The notes below the pieces were generated by a model that saw only the letters and a program-made list of their open reading frames with translations, was not told the origin of the DNA and ran no database searches. DNA of 64,000 bases from Eledone cirrhosa. Taxonomy: Eukaryota. The DNA lies in assembly GCA_964016885.1 (NCBI GenBank), contig OZ024753.1, positions 6,386,001 to 6,450,000 of the forward strand, read 5' to 3'. A program made the position numbers and the translations under genes. Below, piece by piece: positions 38,546 to 53,013 of this stretch. How positions within the stretch are numbered: position 1 is the stretch's first letter; each line of letters starts with the position of its first letter.

Positions 38546-39641
38546 CAATATGTTAACTTATAAAGTAAAAATACTAACAATATCTATATGATAATTGCAG
38601 GGTATTTGCTATGTTTGAAGAGCAGCGATGTGCCTCACTGTTAATTTCACTTTTGTCAATAATATAGTGTTATATATCGACACAGCTATATGTGAATGTT
38701 TACCGAAGAGAATGAGGGGACGTCAATAGACAAATCTCAAAGGAATATGAAAATATGCAAAACTATCCGTATTTTTACCAATGGTGCTATGAATCCATAC
38801 AGATTTTCTAACTGAACTATATCAAATCTTCCATGAACAATCAAAGCGAATTTCGGATTTAAATTTTAGCAATATTTCATGCTGCGTTGTATAAAAGCGT
38901 AAATAATTTGGAGATATTTTCGTTATGTTGGAACAAAGAATATTTATACAGGTGCAGCGATCATTTCAGTAGCGCTATTGGAAATAGAAGTAGAGTCGAA
39001 ATTAGTGGCTTCATGATAACAATGATTCTGGAATTCTTGATGATTTAAATTTTGGTAGTTGATGATATAAAGGATATATAGTATAAGACACGCACACACA
39101 CTCTCTTTCTTTATCTCTCTCTTTCTCTCTCCCCCTCTCTCACTGTCTCTTACATACATACTTATATGTATATATAGATATATATATTTGTATATAGAGA
39201 TATGTATATATGTATATTCATATATGTTTATGTATATATATATATGTATATGTATGTATATATATATATATATGTGTGTGTGTGTATATATATATGTATA
39301 TAAGAGTGGAAGTCAGTAAAATCGAAGTTGCGGTGCTCAGCCAGCATCCACGAAAGAAACAATATTTGGAAGCTTTGCACGAACCACTCAAGAAGATATC
39401 GATAAGTTACATCTTAGAGTAATAAACATACGTTAGATAGCGTGACAAATTGAAAACTGTGGTTAAGGGGACAAAGCCACAGGGGTCCTGAATCTGTTCA
39501 TATAACTCACTCTACTACCCCAAGTATCAAGTACTGCGGTGCGTTATGGTCCACATCTTTGTTATATATATATAGTTTGCAGCAGGAGAAAATACAACCA
39601 AATTGTCGAAAGAATATCTATTTGTTTACAATAGTTTCAGA

Positions 39642-39689
<48 letters not shown>

Positions 39690-40089
39690 ATATACGCGTC
39701 AGTCTGTCGTGCAGAAATTGTATATAGTCTGGGTTCATATAAAATACAATTATCATTACATATGCGCTGCCTTTTTCCTTTCTCTTAAACTAGTGTGCAC
39801 TGTGAGATTTAAAATTCTTACGAACAAATCTTACATTTATTCGGGTGAATAAGGAATACACGAGCGGAGATGGAATCCCTTTGGGTTAGTTCCTTGATCA
39901 AAGTTATTTATTTATTTTTTCAGTTGGTAGATTCACATCAGAATGTAAGCTCAACATTTTATATTTATCTTAGTTCGATTTATATTCTTTTTCACCTTAT
40001 CTTTTTCAACTATCTGCTTGAGAGTTGATGGCTAGCATTCTGTTTCTTTTGGGGTTTTTTTAATTCCTCGTTCTTGTGTGTCCTCACAG

Positions 40090-40460
40090 CGGTCAGTCTC
40101 TCTAGAATTTCAAGCCAGGAACTGAATAAGGATCTGCTGAAGCGGCTATGATTCTTCTGTGCTAGCTTCGTAGACAGCAGGTTTATTTTATAAGTACATA
40201 TGTAGCGTTTATTGAGGCGATCATATCACAAATGATGATATGGAAAAGGTATCGTTCCGTAATCTGTAGAATACACACAATGGAGAACAGCTGAAGATAC
40301 TTGGCTATGTCACGTGCTAGGCATGTTCGCGAAAATATCGCAGAAAGCCTTCCTTGAATGGATGCCAAGAAGAGGGTGATGGAAGCGAGGCACTCCCGCC
40401 AAAATAAAGGTGATATCTGTGAATGAGGGTCTAGCAATGAAGTACCGTGTAACAAGGCTG
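40090..40460 (+). mobile_element. Decayed RTE-like LINE C-terminal fragment
   Basis: Remnants EAAMILL..QLKILGYV..EWMPRRG.WKRGTP. Confidence 0.5.
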
Positions 40461-40549
40461 ACAACTGTAAGAAATGGGGGTATTTTGTCACACAATGTTA
40501 GATAAGGAGATGAAGGATCTTTCTTTCATTCTCTCTTTCTATCTCTCTG

Positions 40550-40870
40550 TCACTCGTTCGCTCGCTAACTCACTCAATCACTCACTCACTCTTTCACACA
40601 AACACTCTTTCACTCACTCACTTTTTCACTCACTCACTTTTTCACTCACTAACTCTTTCACTCACTCACTCATTCACTCACTCACTCTTTCACTCACTCA
40701 CTCTTTCACTCACTCACTCTTTCACTCAAACACTCTTTCACCCACTCACTCTTTCACCCACTCACTCTTTCACCCACTCACTCTTTCACCCACTCTCTCT
40801 TTCCCTCATTCACTCTTTCACTCACTCACTCACTCTCTCTTTCACTCACTCACTCTCCCTATCTCTCTCT
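40550..40870. repeat. (CACT)n/(CACTCTTT)n compound microsatellite
   Basis: Direct reading; source of the S/L/T/H ORF 40474-41094. Confidence 0.9.
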
Positions 40871-41025
40871 ATATATATGTGTATGTATATATGCGTGCAC
40901 ATCTACACACAACACAACACAACACATGCACACACCCACACATGGACCCCCAGGAGGAAGGAACTTTCTTTCTCACTTACTCTCCCTATCTATCTACACA
41001 CACACAAATGTACATGCCCCCCCTA

Positions 41026-41074
<49 letters not shown>

Positions 41075-41659
41075 GTAATGGAACACGTTATTAATCATAT
41101 ATATATATTGTTAAACAAATACCATAACAAGCTAACCGCTCTCATATTTTTACAAACTCAGTAAAATACATTTATTACTACATAGTTCTCTCTGTGATTA
41201 TGCAATAATATATTCAACCAAATAATAAGGTTTTAAATATCTATGAAGAATCGATATTACACGTTGGCTTCTATATTATACTTAGTATAATGTGTATCTA
41301 AGCTTCAAATAAAGTCCCACTAACCCACATATCGTAAAATATATTTAAACTTTACTATGATGTTATATTAACCTGTGCATCATAAAATATATTTAAGCAT
41401 CATACGTAGTCAGTCGATGACAATAAAATCAAATATTAAAAGCTGCGCTCTGTACAAATAAATCTTAATAGAGTAGCGTTGATGATAGTATGTTTTGCTA
41501 ACATTAAAATCATATTTATGTATACGCTAGTGTTTAGGAAACGTTATGATTTAAACTGCAATGATTCTAAAACGTGTTTCATTACACAGTAAACTAGGCA
41601 GTAATTAAATGTGTTAGTTTGTAATAAAATATATATAGATTGATGTAATGGCCATAATA

Positions 41660-41829
41660 TAATTGTTCTGATTTAAACACAAAGCCAACAATTTTGGAGG
41701 TGAGGAAAGTCGATTAAATCGACATCGACATCCAGTGCAGTACTGGTATTTTATTTCATAGGCCCCGTAAATATGGAAAGCAAAGCTAACCTCAGCAGGA
41801 TTTGAACTCAGAACGTAAAGCGCCGTAAA
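41660..41829 (-). mobile_element. SINE A variant, 5'-truncated
   Basis: Reverse complement of central domain, B-box and tail. Confidence 0.8.
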
Positions 41830-44109
41830 TGAGAGAGAGAGACACACAGCGACAGAGAGGGATAGAGGCGTGTGCATGCGTGTGTGTGTACATACATACA
41901 CAATAAAAACGAGTTAAAATACGATGACAGTTAACACGATAGGGTGGACAAAAATTCAATAGAATTATAGAAAAATATATTTGTGTGAGATTTTTATTCT
42001 TCTAAATATATTTTGGGTGTTTCAATCAGATAATCATTTCAGGAATTTTGATACCACAATAATTTACAATGATTTATAAACGAATATTTTGCCGATATTT
42101 TTTCTTTCTCTTTGGCACCTTTTATATAATTGTTTTCCATATTGAACCACGTTGTTTTGTTTTTTGTGTATATATTTTTTAATTTTTGAATACGTAAACA
42201 AACATGGTCAGATATCATTTAATTATTTTTCAAACTAAGATAATTTTCTAATGCCATTATCAAGTAGGCTACACAAAAAATAACGAATTTCATAAATTCA
42301 AATCTAAAAAAAAAATGACATGTACAAATCAAAAATATTTTATGAACTAAAACAAGAAACATTACATTAATATATTGTTTAATATTTTAATACCAAGCAA
42401 AATACTGATACTTGATTTATTTGCCTCTGTACATCATTTTCAATAAAACATTTTTTAATATTATATTCCATTCGAATATTAGAGAAACGTATGGTCAGTC
42501 TTAAAGTTGTAAAAATAAATATCGGAAGCAATCAGGAAATATCTGTTTTTTTTTAAATCTGAATACATAATACAATCCGAAAAAGCAATAAGATGATATA
42601 TTATAAAAGAGACTATTAGTAAATCAGCGCATAATATCAAAACAGAAAAAAATATATATTAAATTATGTGCGGCTCCTCAAATGAAAATAAATGGAAGAT
42701 TTACACGTGACGTTTAACAAAATGAAGCCGAATAAGGAACAACTAATCAACACTGAAGTATTAGTTTAATACCTTACATGTGCTTACTGCTTTCATTTGC
42801 ATTCAGCTATCGTTTCTGTAAATTAAACAGGTTTGCATAATTAGAAGAATATTCTATGACTTAAAGTGCAGGCAATATTTTACGAATTAACAATCACTAC
42901 AGCAAAATCAACGGAAATAATAATAATAATAATAATACTGATAATAATAATTTTCTTGTTATTGCTATTATATCGTCAGTTTGTTATTTTCATTAATTTG
43001 CACAGCGTTTCTTGTTGAAACGAACCATCTAAAGCTTGCTGCCCTCTACATAATAGAGCGGTGAGACATGGGACAGAGTTTGCTGACAGCACTCAAGCAA
43101 GAATAACAACAACAACAGCAGCAACAACACAAACACCAACAGCTGTCGAAGCAGCAACATTTTTCGTAGACATCTGTAGCTCCCCAACGTGAAGTGGCGA
43201 TGAAGGGGAACCCTGAAAATGCTAAAGAGAAAAAAAGAAAACATTCTAAAAATAACAGCTTGCTTCACACCAATACATCCCCGAAAAAAAAGAAGGAAAA
43301 CACACTCACAACAATTATATACTCGCCCACAACAACTCCTGACGCACAACACCACATCCGTCAACGAACACCAGCAAAACTACCACAATCAAAACTACGC
43401 ATAAAAGGAAAAGTCAGAACAACAAACAACCACGCGGACACAAAGCCTCGTATAACTGACAAACTTTAATGAAGATCTGTTGAACTTAATAGCACGAAGT
43501 AAAGATCTTGAGATAACCGGAAAGATTCTCGGCACCTACAAATTTAGAGTGCCACAGAATTCAATGATGGTGAGCATGTCTCTTAAGACATGCAGATGCT
43601 TTAGTGCCAGCTTCCAATAGGACACGGGAATCCCACGAGTCGGGTATAAAAGGAACACCAACCAGATATGTGTTACCGGACAATCCGGACTCCAATTGCA
43701 CCTGGAGGATACATAACCCTCATCTGCCTCCTCTAGGCTCATTACGGCTATGGCGATTTCTAGAGCCGACTACATAAATGCATGTCGCATGGGGGTTGAC
43801 CTGGAAGGAAATTCATTTGTTCAACGTTCTCAGCTCACTAGCAAATTATCTTGTATATCTTAGCTATGATTAGGACTTTTATCTGTTCAATAAAAACCGT
43901 GATTTGCAATAAATTTCGTACGTATTCTAATAAACATGTAAATAGCTCTGACGAATGTGAAGTAATATCAATTATGATTTTCTCTACGAAAGGAAGGAAC
44001 ACATATTTTTACATTTGACCTTTTTAACATCGAGTATTATAATTTAAATCTCTTTTATGACTATATTAAAATGATGAACAACTTTCCAATGGAGGTCATA
44101 TTTCAGTTG

Positions 44110-44345
44110 AATATAAGAGATAAACACAAACACATACATACACAGAATACACACACACATACACACATACACACACATACATATACATATATATACATAT
44201 ATATATATATACATATATATAAATTTCGTTTCTGAATTTGTTTAGCAAGATTCTTTATCTGAAAACGTGTGTTGAAACCGATATTGTTATTGTGTATTTC
44301 TTATTGGCAACATGACCCTCCCAAAGCATAACAATATATATAGAG

Positions 44346-44376
<31 letters not shown>

Positions 44377-44389
44377 CATATATATATAC

Positions 44390-44436
<47 letters not shown>

Positions 44437-44584
44437 CACATATATATACTGTATATATATATACATATATGTATATATACATATATGCATATATATATAT
44501 ATGTATATATACATATTTATATATGTATATATATAATATATATATGTATATATATATGTATATATATATGTATATATATATATG

Positions 44585-44618
<34 letters not shown>

Positions 44619-44620
44619 CA

Positions 44621-44670
<50 letters not shown>

Positions 44671-45135
44671 TGTATATATATATATACATATATGTATATA
44701 TACATATATGTACATATATGTATATATATATGTACATATATGTATATATATATATACATATATGTATATATACATATATGTATATATACATATATATATA
44801 TATACATATATGTATATATACATATATGTATATACATATATATATGTATATATACATATATGTATATACATATATATATGTATATACACACACATATGTA
44901 TATGTCAGTCTAATGGTAATAAAACAAATTCAATATCTTCGCAAATAAATGAGCAATTGGCGTGTGTAATAGAAACATGGCTATATAGAGTCACTACGAG
45001 TTACTATAAGTAAACTTATATCAAATTAGGACAAGGTGTCCCATGTGACTAATAAACGCCGACCAAGATCAAACAGTAAAGTAAATAAAACTAATTAATA
45101 ACCATGCTCCACGACATAGAATTCGTATATATATA

Positions 45136-45166
<31 letters not shown>

Positions 45167-45380
45167 ATGTATACATTATATATATATACGTATTTATTTA
45201 TATATATATATAATGTATACATTATTTATATATATATATAATGTATACATTATTTATATATATATATAATGTATACATTATATATATATATATATATATA
45301 ATGTATACATTATATATATATATATATATATAATGTATACATTATATATATATATAAATGTATTTATGTATATATATATA
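44110..45380. repeat. (TA)n/(TATACA)n blocks including tandem AATGTATACATT(TA)n units at 45165-45365
   Basis: Direct reading. Confidence 0.9.
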
Positions 45381-46150
45381 CTAGCAGTGGTACCCGGCGT
45401 TGCACGGGATAAGGTATTTTGGAACGCGGGGCCCCAACAGACCTAATCGTGGAAAAACTGCGTGCCTGGACAATATGTAAAGAAAATAAACCGAATACTC
45501 TGATTGCTGGATAATCTTTAAGATTTTCCTCGGTGAAGCAGGAAAAATGCAGGTTTTCTCCTAATGCGGGCCCTATTGGATCAAGAAAGCACCTAATGCG
45601 GGCCCTAGGCCATAAAAAAGTTGGATTTTGTTTGCTTACCTTATGAAGAAGAGACTGACTAATGCATAGTTGCAATTTCAAGGAAATAGGTCTGACGTAA
45701 CGCCTCAAAAAAACACTAAAAATGTTAAAAAGCGCAGTTTTTCACCTAATGCGGGCCATAGGAGATGAAAAAAGTTGAATGTTCTTTGTGCGTAACACTC
45801 CCTGAAACATAAGTAATACACATGTAAAGTTTGAAAAAAATCGGTTGGGTACTTATCGAGCTTTAGGGATTCGAAATCACACACACACACACACAGACAG
45901 ACATCCTCAGACAGATATCATAAGGGCGCGACGTTATATGTATGTATCTATCTAAAAAGAGAAAGACTAAGAATTATAGAGCGAAATCGCTAAATCGCCG
46001 AATGCAGTCCCTAGGGCATTGAACATTTGAAATTTCTTTTGCTCAGAACACTCCCTGAAACATAAATATTACATGTGTAAAGTTTGCAAACAGTCAGTTG
46101 GGTGGTTCTCGAGTTTTAGGGATTCGAACTCACACACACAGACATCCTCA

Positions 46151-46155
<5 letters not shown>
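45380..46155 (+). mobile_element. Helentron/DINE-1-like non-autonomous rolling-circle element, 3' part duplicated
   Basis: 5' ACTAGCAGTGGTACCCGGCGTTGCACGGG (short stem-loop), internal CCTAATGCGGGCCC repeats, (CA)n-CAGACATCCTCAG 3' end at ~45910 and again at ~46150, inserted in (TA)n. Confidence 0.55.
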
Positions 46156-46194
<39 letters not shown>

Positions 46195-46887
46195 TGCATG
46201 CATGCATGCATGCATGCATGCATACATACATACATACATACATACATACATACATACACAATGGCGACTGTTGTGGTCAGTGTCCGATAATAGGACGTGT
46301 GTAATTACGGCTTACATGAAGGCAACATACGATATATTGGAAAAAGTTGAGCTACATTACGTGGTAAGATTACATACAATAATTCTACATAAGTGTTTGA
46401 ACTGTGTGTTGTAATACACCTATTTATATGAACGATACATACACTTATGATATATGAACGATACATACACTTTAACATATATGCAACGTTGTTATATTAC
46501 ATTTGTAAAGAAATATGCAAATAACGTTTTCGATTCAGAAACAAACACATAAGCGTTTGAACTGTGAGTATGTTGTAGAACACCTATTTATATAAATGAT
46601 ACATAAACTTTAACATATAAATACAACGTTGTTATATTATATTACATTCATAAAGAAATATACTAGGTAACGTTTTTTTTTTTGTTTTTTTTGTTCTCGA
46701 TTCAAACGATTCAAGAACAACGTTTAAAACACAGTTGTAGAATTAAAAACTAACTGAAAAAAAATATTACCCAAGCTGTGAATAACTTTAAATTTGATTT
46801 TGACAGAACTTTGTCGAAACTTTTAAAGAAGATCATCGACTATTTTGAAAAATAAATACAAAATATTAGTGAATAGACGAACTCATC

Positions 46888-47628
46888 ATGGCAAAACGTA
46901 CAAGTCTCTTTCGATCAAATCGCAACTACAACCGTAGTATACAGTGGAGCTACGAGCTTAACAAAAAATTATATGAAGCATACAAACAATCTGAACCCCA
47001 AAAGGTCGGTTTTATGCAAAGGCTAAAAACTTTATTGCACTCCAAACACCCAGAATTAGACTTTTCTCCAAAGCATTTAAATGAACAGGCAAAACGTATA
47101 ATTAGATGTAAATTGATACATCTAACGGAATTGAATGATACTACAAATACAGCCCTTGTAGACAACCACCCCACCCCCACTGACAGACAAACAGAATGGC
47201 CAGCTAAATCTAACAGTGAACAGCTCACCAACAATTTTGCTGAAATCCATCCCACTTCCACTGAAGAACAGCGAGAATGGTCAGCTAACTCAACAACGAG
47301 GCTGAAATTCAAGACTCTACTGTACAAACAGAACACCACAAACTTGTGGACACCTTACAAGTGATATGGGGCGATACGTTTCAAGAGATACACAGCCTTA
47401 ATGTGAGTGACAGACCATACAACACCAGAATCAGTAAAGAACCTAAATTGGAATTGGAAGCGGTGAAAGAAATAGCTGACAATTAACTGAAGGCTATACG
47501 ATCTAAAGGTGTAGAAACGACATTTGAAACGCTTAACATTTTGTTATGTTTCAGCTGTCACATTGCTATCATATAACACACATCTAAAACCACGCAATCA
47601 AGATACAAACCAAAAGCTTGAACCAGCG
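46888..47628 (+). mobile_element. 5' fragment of R4/Dong-like (RLE) non-LTR retrotransposon ORF
   Basis: QWSYELNKKLYEAYKQSEPQKVGFMQRLKTL..HPELDFSPKHLNEQAKRI matches the N-terminal W-x-x-E-x-N..Y-x-x-S-x-P..G(Y/F)M-x-R..P..L-x-x-Q motif; downstream YVSAVT..PAW; frameshifted. Confidence 0.6.
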
Positions 47629-49105
47629 TGGACAGCCTTGAGAAATGGGAATATTTTGTCACACATTGTTAGATTCGGAGAGGAAGGAACCCCCTCCACC
47701 TTTCCATCCCTCTCTCTCTTTCTCTCTTTCTCCTCTCTCTCTTTCTTTCTTTCTCCGATCTCTCATTCTCTCTTTCTCCTCTCTCTCAACATACAATTAT
47801 GTAACTATCCCCATCAGTTTTTCAGGCTAATACCTTATAATATATGTCATCGGGTTTTCCTAAACATCTACCAGGCAACACACCTGACAGCGCGCAATTC
47901 CTATCTCCCATAGAAAATATAATTAAAACTATTTATAAAAGGACATCTCGGAAATAGAGTACAGACCCGACAAACAGCGGTATCTCTCTTTCACGTGATA
48001 TAATATTTCAACATGCTATGCCTATGATTGCCGAGTACAATGGTAGCTAATCTAATATAGTTGTTTGTATTATATAATATAGTACATGCTCATGGTAAGG
48101 TATTGCTCCGTGTCATTGTTGGGTAAATAATTCCTGAAATTGATTTATAATGCTCAATAAGGAATTCTATCGTTTGGCTATGCATTATGTATGAATGAGA
48201 ACTATGAAATTATCTTCAGGTTATTGTTGCAGATATAATTCATTAATCCTCATCGTAACGTGAATGGCATCTTTCTCACGAAATGCATATTCAGTTGGTT
48301 GAATCAAGTTAACTCCCAGAGAAATCCCTAATAACAAATTCCCGTCATACCCATTATAGTATCCCTGATAAGATTAATTACATCACTAGGTATAGAACTA
48401 CACTATAGCTGTAAAGAAAATCATCACTGCAATGACAATTATTAAAATTAAAATTCACATACAGGGATATTGATACAAAGGAAAATAATCCGTTGCAGAT
48501 AAACCCGTTCGATTTCAAATAAAAATATGACAGTATAGATATAAATGTTTTATGGAGTGCATTTTGCGTACGTTTATCGTGTGGAACTAACTGCCATATC
48601 TTGCTCAAATTACATTATATTGACGTTAATGAATACACTATATTTGAAAACAGGAATAATCGTTATCGAGAAGTTTAAAAACATTTACTTCAAAGTGTAC
48701 ACCTGTCTTAAACATTATTACGATTGGGGATTCTAGCATTACTTTCTGACACTTTGAAAATATTTTACATTCTACTTTATTTGCTCTTTCCAACTCTTTC
48801 TTTTATTTGGTCACGTATTTTTGTATTTATATACGTGATTCTTTACTAATCATAACTTACCTTTGGAGTTCGTGTGCGTGTGTTGGGGAAAGTGTGTGTG
48901 TGTGTGTATATGTACATACAGATCTCTAAGATTTTCCCTTTGAACACTCCCTGTTTTTAGGTCCTCCACCATGGCCCTACTCCATAACATATTTGTTGTC
49001 TCTCCTGTTGTTTTCGGATCCGGCCTAGGTGATATATGATGTCTGCTATCAAGCTCTAACCTCCCAGCAGCAGCGGAGCTACTGATGGTCTCCGACCTTG
49101 CCACC

Positions 49106-49216
49106 TGAAAATCCCACCGAGGTTAACTTTGCCTTTCATCCTTACGGGGTCGATAAAATAAAGTACCAGTAATACACTGGTAATTTGCTAGCCTTGTGTC
49201 AAAAGTAGAAACAATT
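49106..49216 (+). mobile_element. SINE A 3' half
   Basis: Starts at a degenerate B-box. Confidence 0.8.
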
Positions 49217-50309
49217 CTTACTATCCCCTTCATCATCCGACGCTGGGCGCCGCCTTCTGATAGCAATTGTGGCACTAATCAATGGTTCATCCATGGCGTC
49301 CTGGACCCATACACCCGAGGCCTCTTCTTTTCGGCCAGCCTGACCGCTCTCAAGAGGAAATAGGCTAGAATACGCCACATCGATGTAGGCAATGTCTTCC
49401 AGAGGCTGACTGCTAAGGTGGTATGCAGGTCCATCACACCTGAACATGGTAAGGAGCTCAGCCCGGTGTTTCTTGTGGTCGGCGTGATTGAGAGGGCCGC
49501 ACATTCAGCTAGGCAGTTCTTCAACAGCTTCCCATCGGATTAGGCGTCGAGGAACGCCAGGCACTTAATTGTAAAGCTTTACAATTGAGCTTTACAATGC
49601 CTCCTTTTGGAATATCTTTAACTGCTACACGATGACTACCTGCTCGTTGTCTGCCTCAGCCGAGCCTCCGTTGTCTACTTGCTGGCCCAGCTGCAATATG
49701 GAGGGGCCCCGAACATGATCCTTGCTGTTGACACGTTAATAACTTCAGTCACTGGGCTTCAGCAGGAGACATTGACCGTGGGAGTTGGGTTCCATTGTGC
49801 TCAGAGCTGGTTTATATGTATATATTTATTTACCACACCGCATTAACTGTGGATTACAGAAGACATAATAATAACATTGATAATGTGACACTTGCTTTTC
49901 TTTCGAAATATGTAAAGATAATGCGAATATAAGTTTGGGTTTACCAATGATAATAGTATATATATTCTATCATATTTTCATGGTGGCATTTATAACTTCC
50001 ATAGAAATTTACATTTTAGGTTTCTCGGAGACATTAATGTAATCTATGATTTGTAAATATATTCACTATTCAGCGTGGATTGCGTTTGCATTTAATCAAT
50101 TGACGAACAGTTTCGTAATTCATTGATTTTCCAAATACTATATGTGTCATCATATTTAATAGAAATAATAGATATATCTCAGAGAAAGAATAAAAATTAA
50201 AAAATAAATAAATAAACAAATAGGTAAAGCATTTGGTCAAACAATTCCCTAGGGAATTAATTAATAATGTGTAAAATATCGACCACACTTAAATATGGAA
50301 TGATACGCG

Positions 50310-50400
50310 ATGTCCCCTCCCCACACATACAGTCCCGGCGGGTAGAGTTGAGAAGGCTTTCCCCGGAGAACGGCAAGGGAGGCGCGCTGGAAAAGCCATA
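50310..50400 (-). mobile_element. CRE-like LINE C-terminal fragment
   Basis: WLFQRASLAVLRGKAFSTL; a similar piece lies on + at 36540-36595. Confidence 0.6.
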
Positions 50401-50683
50401 TTATTGCGGTGAAATACGTAATTTTACGTGTTACACTCCTCCTCTATAAGAATGGCCAAAATAAAACCATTCAACAAATGGTTTCAACCATATGTCACGG
50501 TACTTATTTTGACGCAGTCTACATTTAAATGATGTGGTGTTACTCTACAGCCAAGAAGACTGGGTATGTACTTCATATGCAGTCAGCCTGCAAATTTGAG
50601 TCACTAAAAATTAATGTTTTGCATACCTAGCGTCTCTGCATTCCTGTAGCCAATGAAATAAATAAATTTAAAAAAAATATTAG

Positions 50684-50704
<21 letters not shown>

Positions 50705-50714
<10 letters not shown>

Positions 50715-51092
50715 TTCTACATTTGGCACAAGGCCAGCAAATACCCAGTGCATTAGTGGTACTTTATTTTTTCGACCCCGTAAGGATGAAAGGAAAGTTA
50801 ACCTCGGCGGGATTTGAACTCAGAATGATAATAATAATAATCATAATAATTGTTTCTACTTTAGGCACAAGGCCAGCAATTGCCCAGTGCATTACTGGTA
50901 CTTTATTTTATCGACCCGATAAGGATGAAAGGTAAAGTTAACCTCGGCGGGATTTGAACTCAGAATAATAATCATAATAATTGTTTCTACTTTAGGCACA
51001 AGCCAAGGAATTTCCCAGTGCATTACTGGTACTTTATTTTATCGACCCCGTAAGGATGAAAGGCAAAGTTAACCTCGGCGGGATTTGAACTG
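50705..51092 (-). mobile_element. Tandem trimer of SINE A 3' halves
   Basis: Three ~125-bp units, each (AAT)n + tail + central domain, ending at GGGATTTGAACT. Confidence 0.9.
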
Positions 51093-51195
51093 ATAATAAT
51101 AATAATCATAATAATAGTAATTATTATTATTATATATATATGTATATGTATGTATGTGTGTGTGTGGGCGGAGGTGGGGGGTGGGGTGATAATGG

Positions 51196-51246
51196 GGCTT
51201 CTTGATGATTTATCCCGAATGAAACAGTCCTAGTCCTGTAGAAGCC
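51196..51246 (+). ncRNA. Hammerhead F6 copy (UUGAUGA core)
   Basis: GGCUUC-UUGAUGA-UUUAUCCCGAAU-GAAA-CAGUCCUAGUCCUG-UA^-GAAGCC; stem I covaries relative to 19205. Confidence 0.65.
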
Positions 51247-51426
51247 ATGTCTCTATTAAATATTTATACTCTGCTATGTATGGAGTACCTTACTTACTGT
51301 GGATACCCCGATTGAAACCGGGATAAACATATATATATGTATATATATCAGAATGGAAGCGGTAAAAACCAGTTAGATAATTACTCAGGTTGGGTAATAG
51401 GAAAAATTCGGGTGAAATCATCAGGA

Positions 51427-51476
51427 AGCTCCTGATGATTTCTCACGAGTGAAACAGTCCTAGTCTTGTAGAAGCT
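51427..51476 (+). ncRNA. Hammerhead F6 copy preceded by an inverted head
   Basis: AGCUC-CUGAUGA-UUUCUCACGAGU-GAAA-CAGUCCUAGUCUUG-UA^-GAAGCU; GAAATCATCAGGA/TCCTGATGATTTC fold-back at 51414-51442. Confidence 0.65.
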
Positions 51477-52134
51477 TTTCTATATTAAAAATGTATACTC
51501 TACACTGTATTGAGTACCTTATTTACTATGGTTACCTCCAATTGAACCCGGGATAACTTATATATATATATGAGAGAGTGTGCTTTTTAATAGTAGGTAA
51601 TGCACTGCGTATACTAAAAATCTAATGTGATGTAAAAAGCAATGAAATAAATAAATAACTTCCTATATCTTGGGAGCTATTTAGACGTTGATTTATTGTA
51701 ATCTATCATATGGAAAAAGGAAACAAAACTATGAAGAACAAATCTAACTATATATCGTATAAAAAATATTTTAATATATTTTTGCAATCCATTTTTTCTG
51801 TCATACCAGGAGACACTTCTATAATATTCATATCTCTAGCGAGAAAGTAAGATAAATGTATCCGATATGAATTACTTGTGACAAATGACTTTAATAAAGC
51901 TATTCCGAATTATTTTATTCACAATTTTTTCGCCTTGTCTAATACTTTGTCTAAACTATGTAGAGCATCTTAACTTTTGTTCTATTTCTGATATATTAAC
52001 TAAAAATTATGATGTAAATTTTTGCTTTATAAATAGAAAAAAATTTCGCAGTTAATAGTTCTCATTCAATGTGGATGTAACTTATTTGACCATCATAGCC
52101 AATACTTTAAATACAAAAGCGATGAAAAAATATA

Positions 52135-52815
52135 ATAATTGTTTCTACTATTGGCACAAGGCCAGCAATTAACAGTACATTACTGGTACTTTATTTTATC
52201 GATCCCGTAAGGATGAAAGGCAAGGGGAAGGTGGAAGTCGATTAAATCGACCCCAGTGCTGTTACTGGTACTTTATTTTATCGATCCTGTAAGGATGAAA
52301 GGCAAAGTTAACCTCGGCGTGATTTGAACTCAGACCGTAAAGGGCCGTAACCCGATGCTGCAGAGCATGGCGTTCGACCCTCTTTCGATACTGCCAAATA
52401 ATGGTTTCTAATATAGGCACAATGTCAGGAATTTTAGGAGAAGTAGATTAAATCGACCGCAGTACGTGACTGGTACTTTGGCTTTCGTCCTTACAGGGTC
52501 GATAAAATAAAGTTAACCTCGGTGTGATTTGAACTCAGACCGTAAAGGTCCGTAACCCTATGCTGCAAAGTAAGGCATCTGACCCTCTTTCGATACTGCC
52601 AAATATGATAATGAAACAGTAACTTATAATAATTGTTTCTACTTTAGGCACAAAGCCAGCAATTACCCGAGTGCATTACTGGTACTTTATTTCATCGGCC
52701 CCGTAAGGATGAAAGGCAAAGTCAACCTCGGCGGGATTTGAACTCAGATCGTAAAGGGACGTAACTATGCTGGAAAGCATGGCGTCCTGCCCTCTACCGA
52801 TACTGCCAATCCACC
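52135..52815 (-). mobile_element. Cluster of four SINE A copies or variants
   Basis: Repeated central domains and B-boxes. Confidence 0.85.
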
Positions 52816-52927
52816 AAAAAATAAACACACTCACCAATAGACAGTACTGGCCAAATGATAATCCCCAAATATAACAATATCGGTTTCAACACGCGATATC
52901 ACATTATGAATCTTACACGTGTGAGTC

Positions 52928-52969
<42 letters not shown>

Positions 52970-53013
52970 AAGAAGAAGAACGATTTGTTATGTCTTCGTT
53001 AAGTTTATTGAGT

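Noticed and set aside
43660-43800. Possible HDV-like ribozyme in an RTE-type 5' UTR (minus strand, TCCTCC loop)
   Set aside because: P1/P2 of the nested double pseudoknot could not be built by eye
50705-51092. Regularly spaced repeats resembling a CRISPR array
   Set aside because: The units are SINE halves with (AAT)n and have no unique spacers; eukaryotic context
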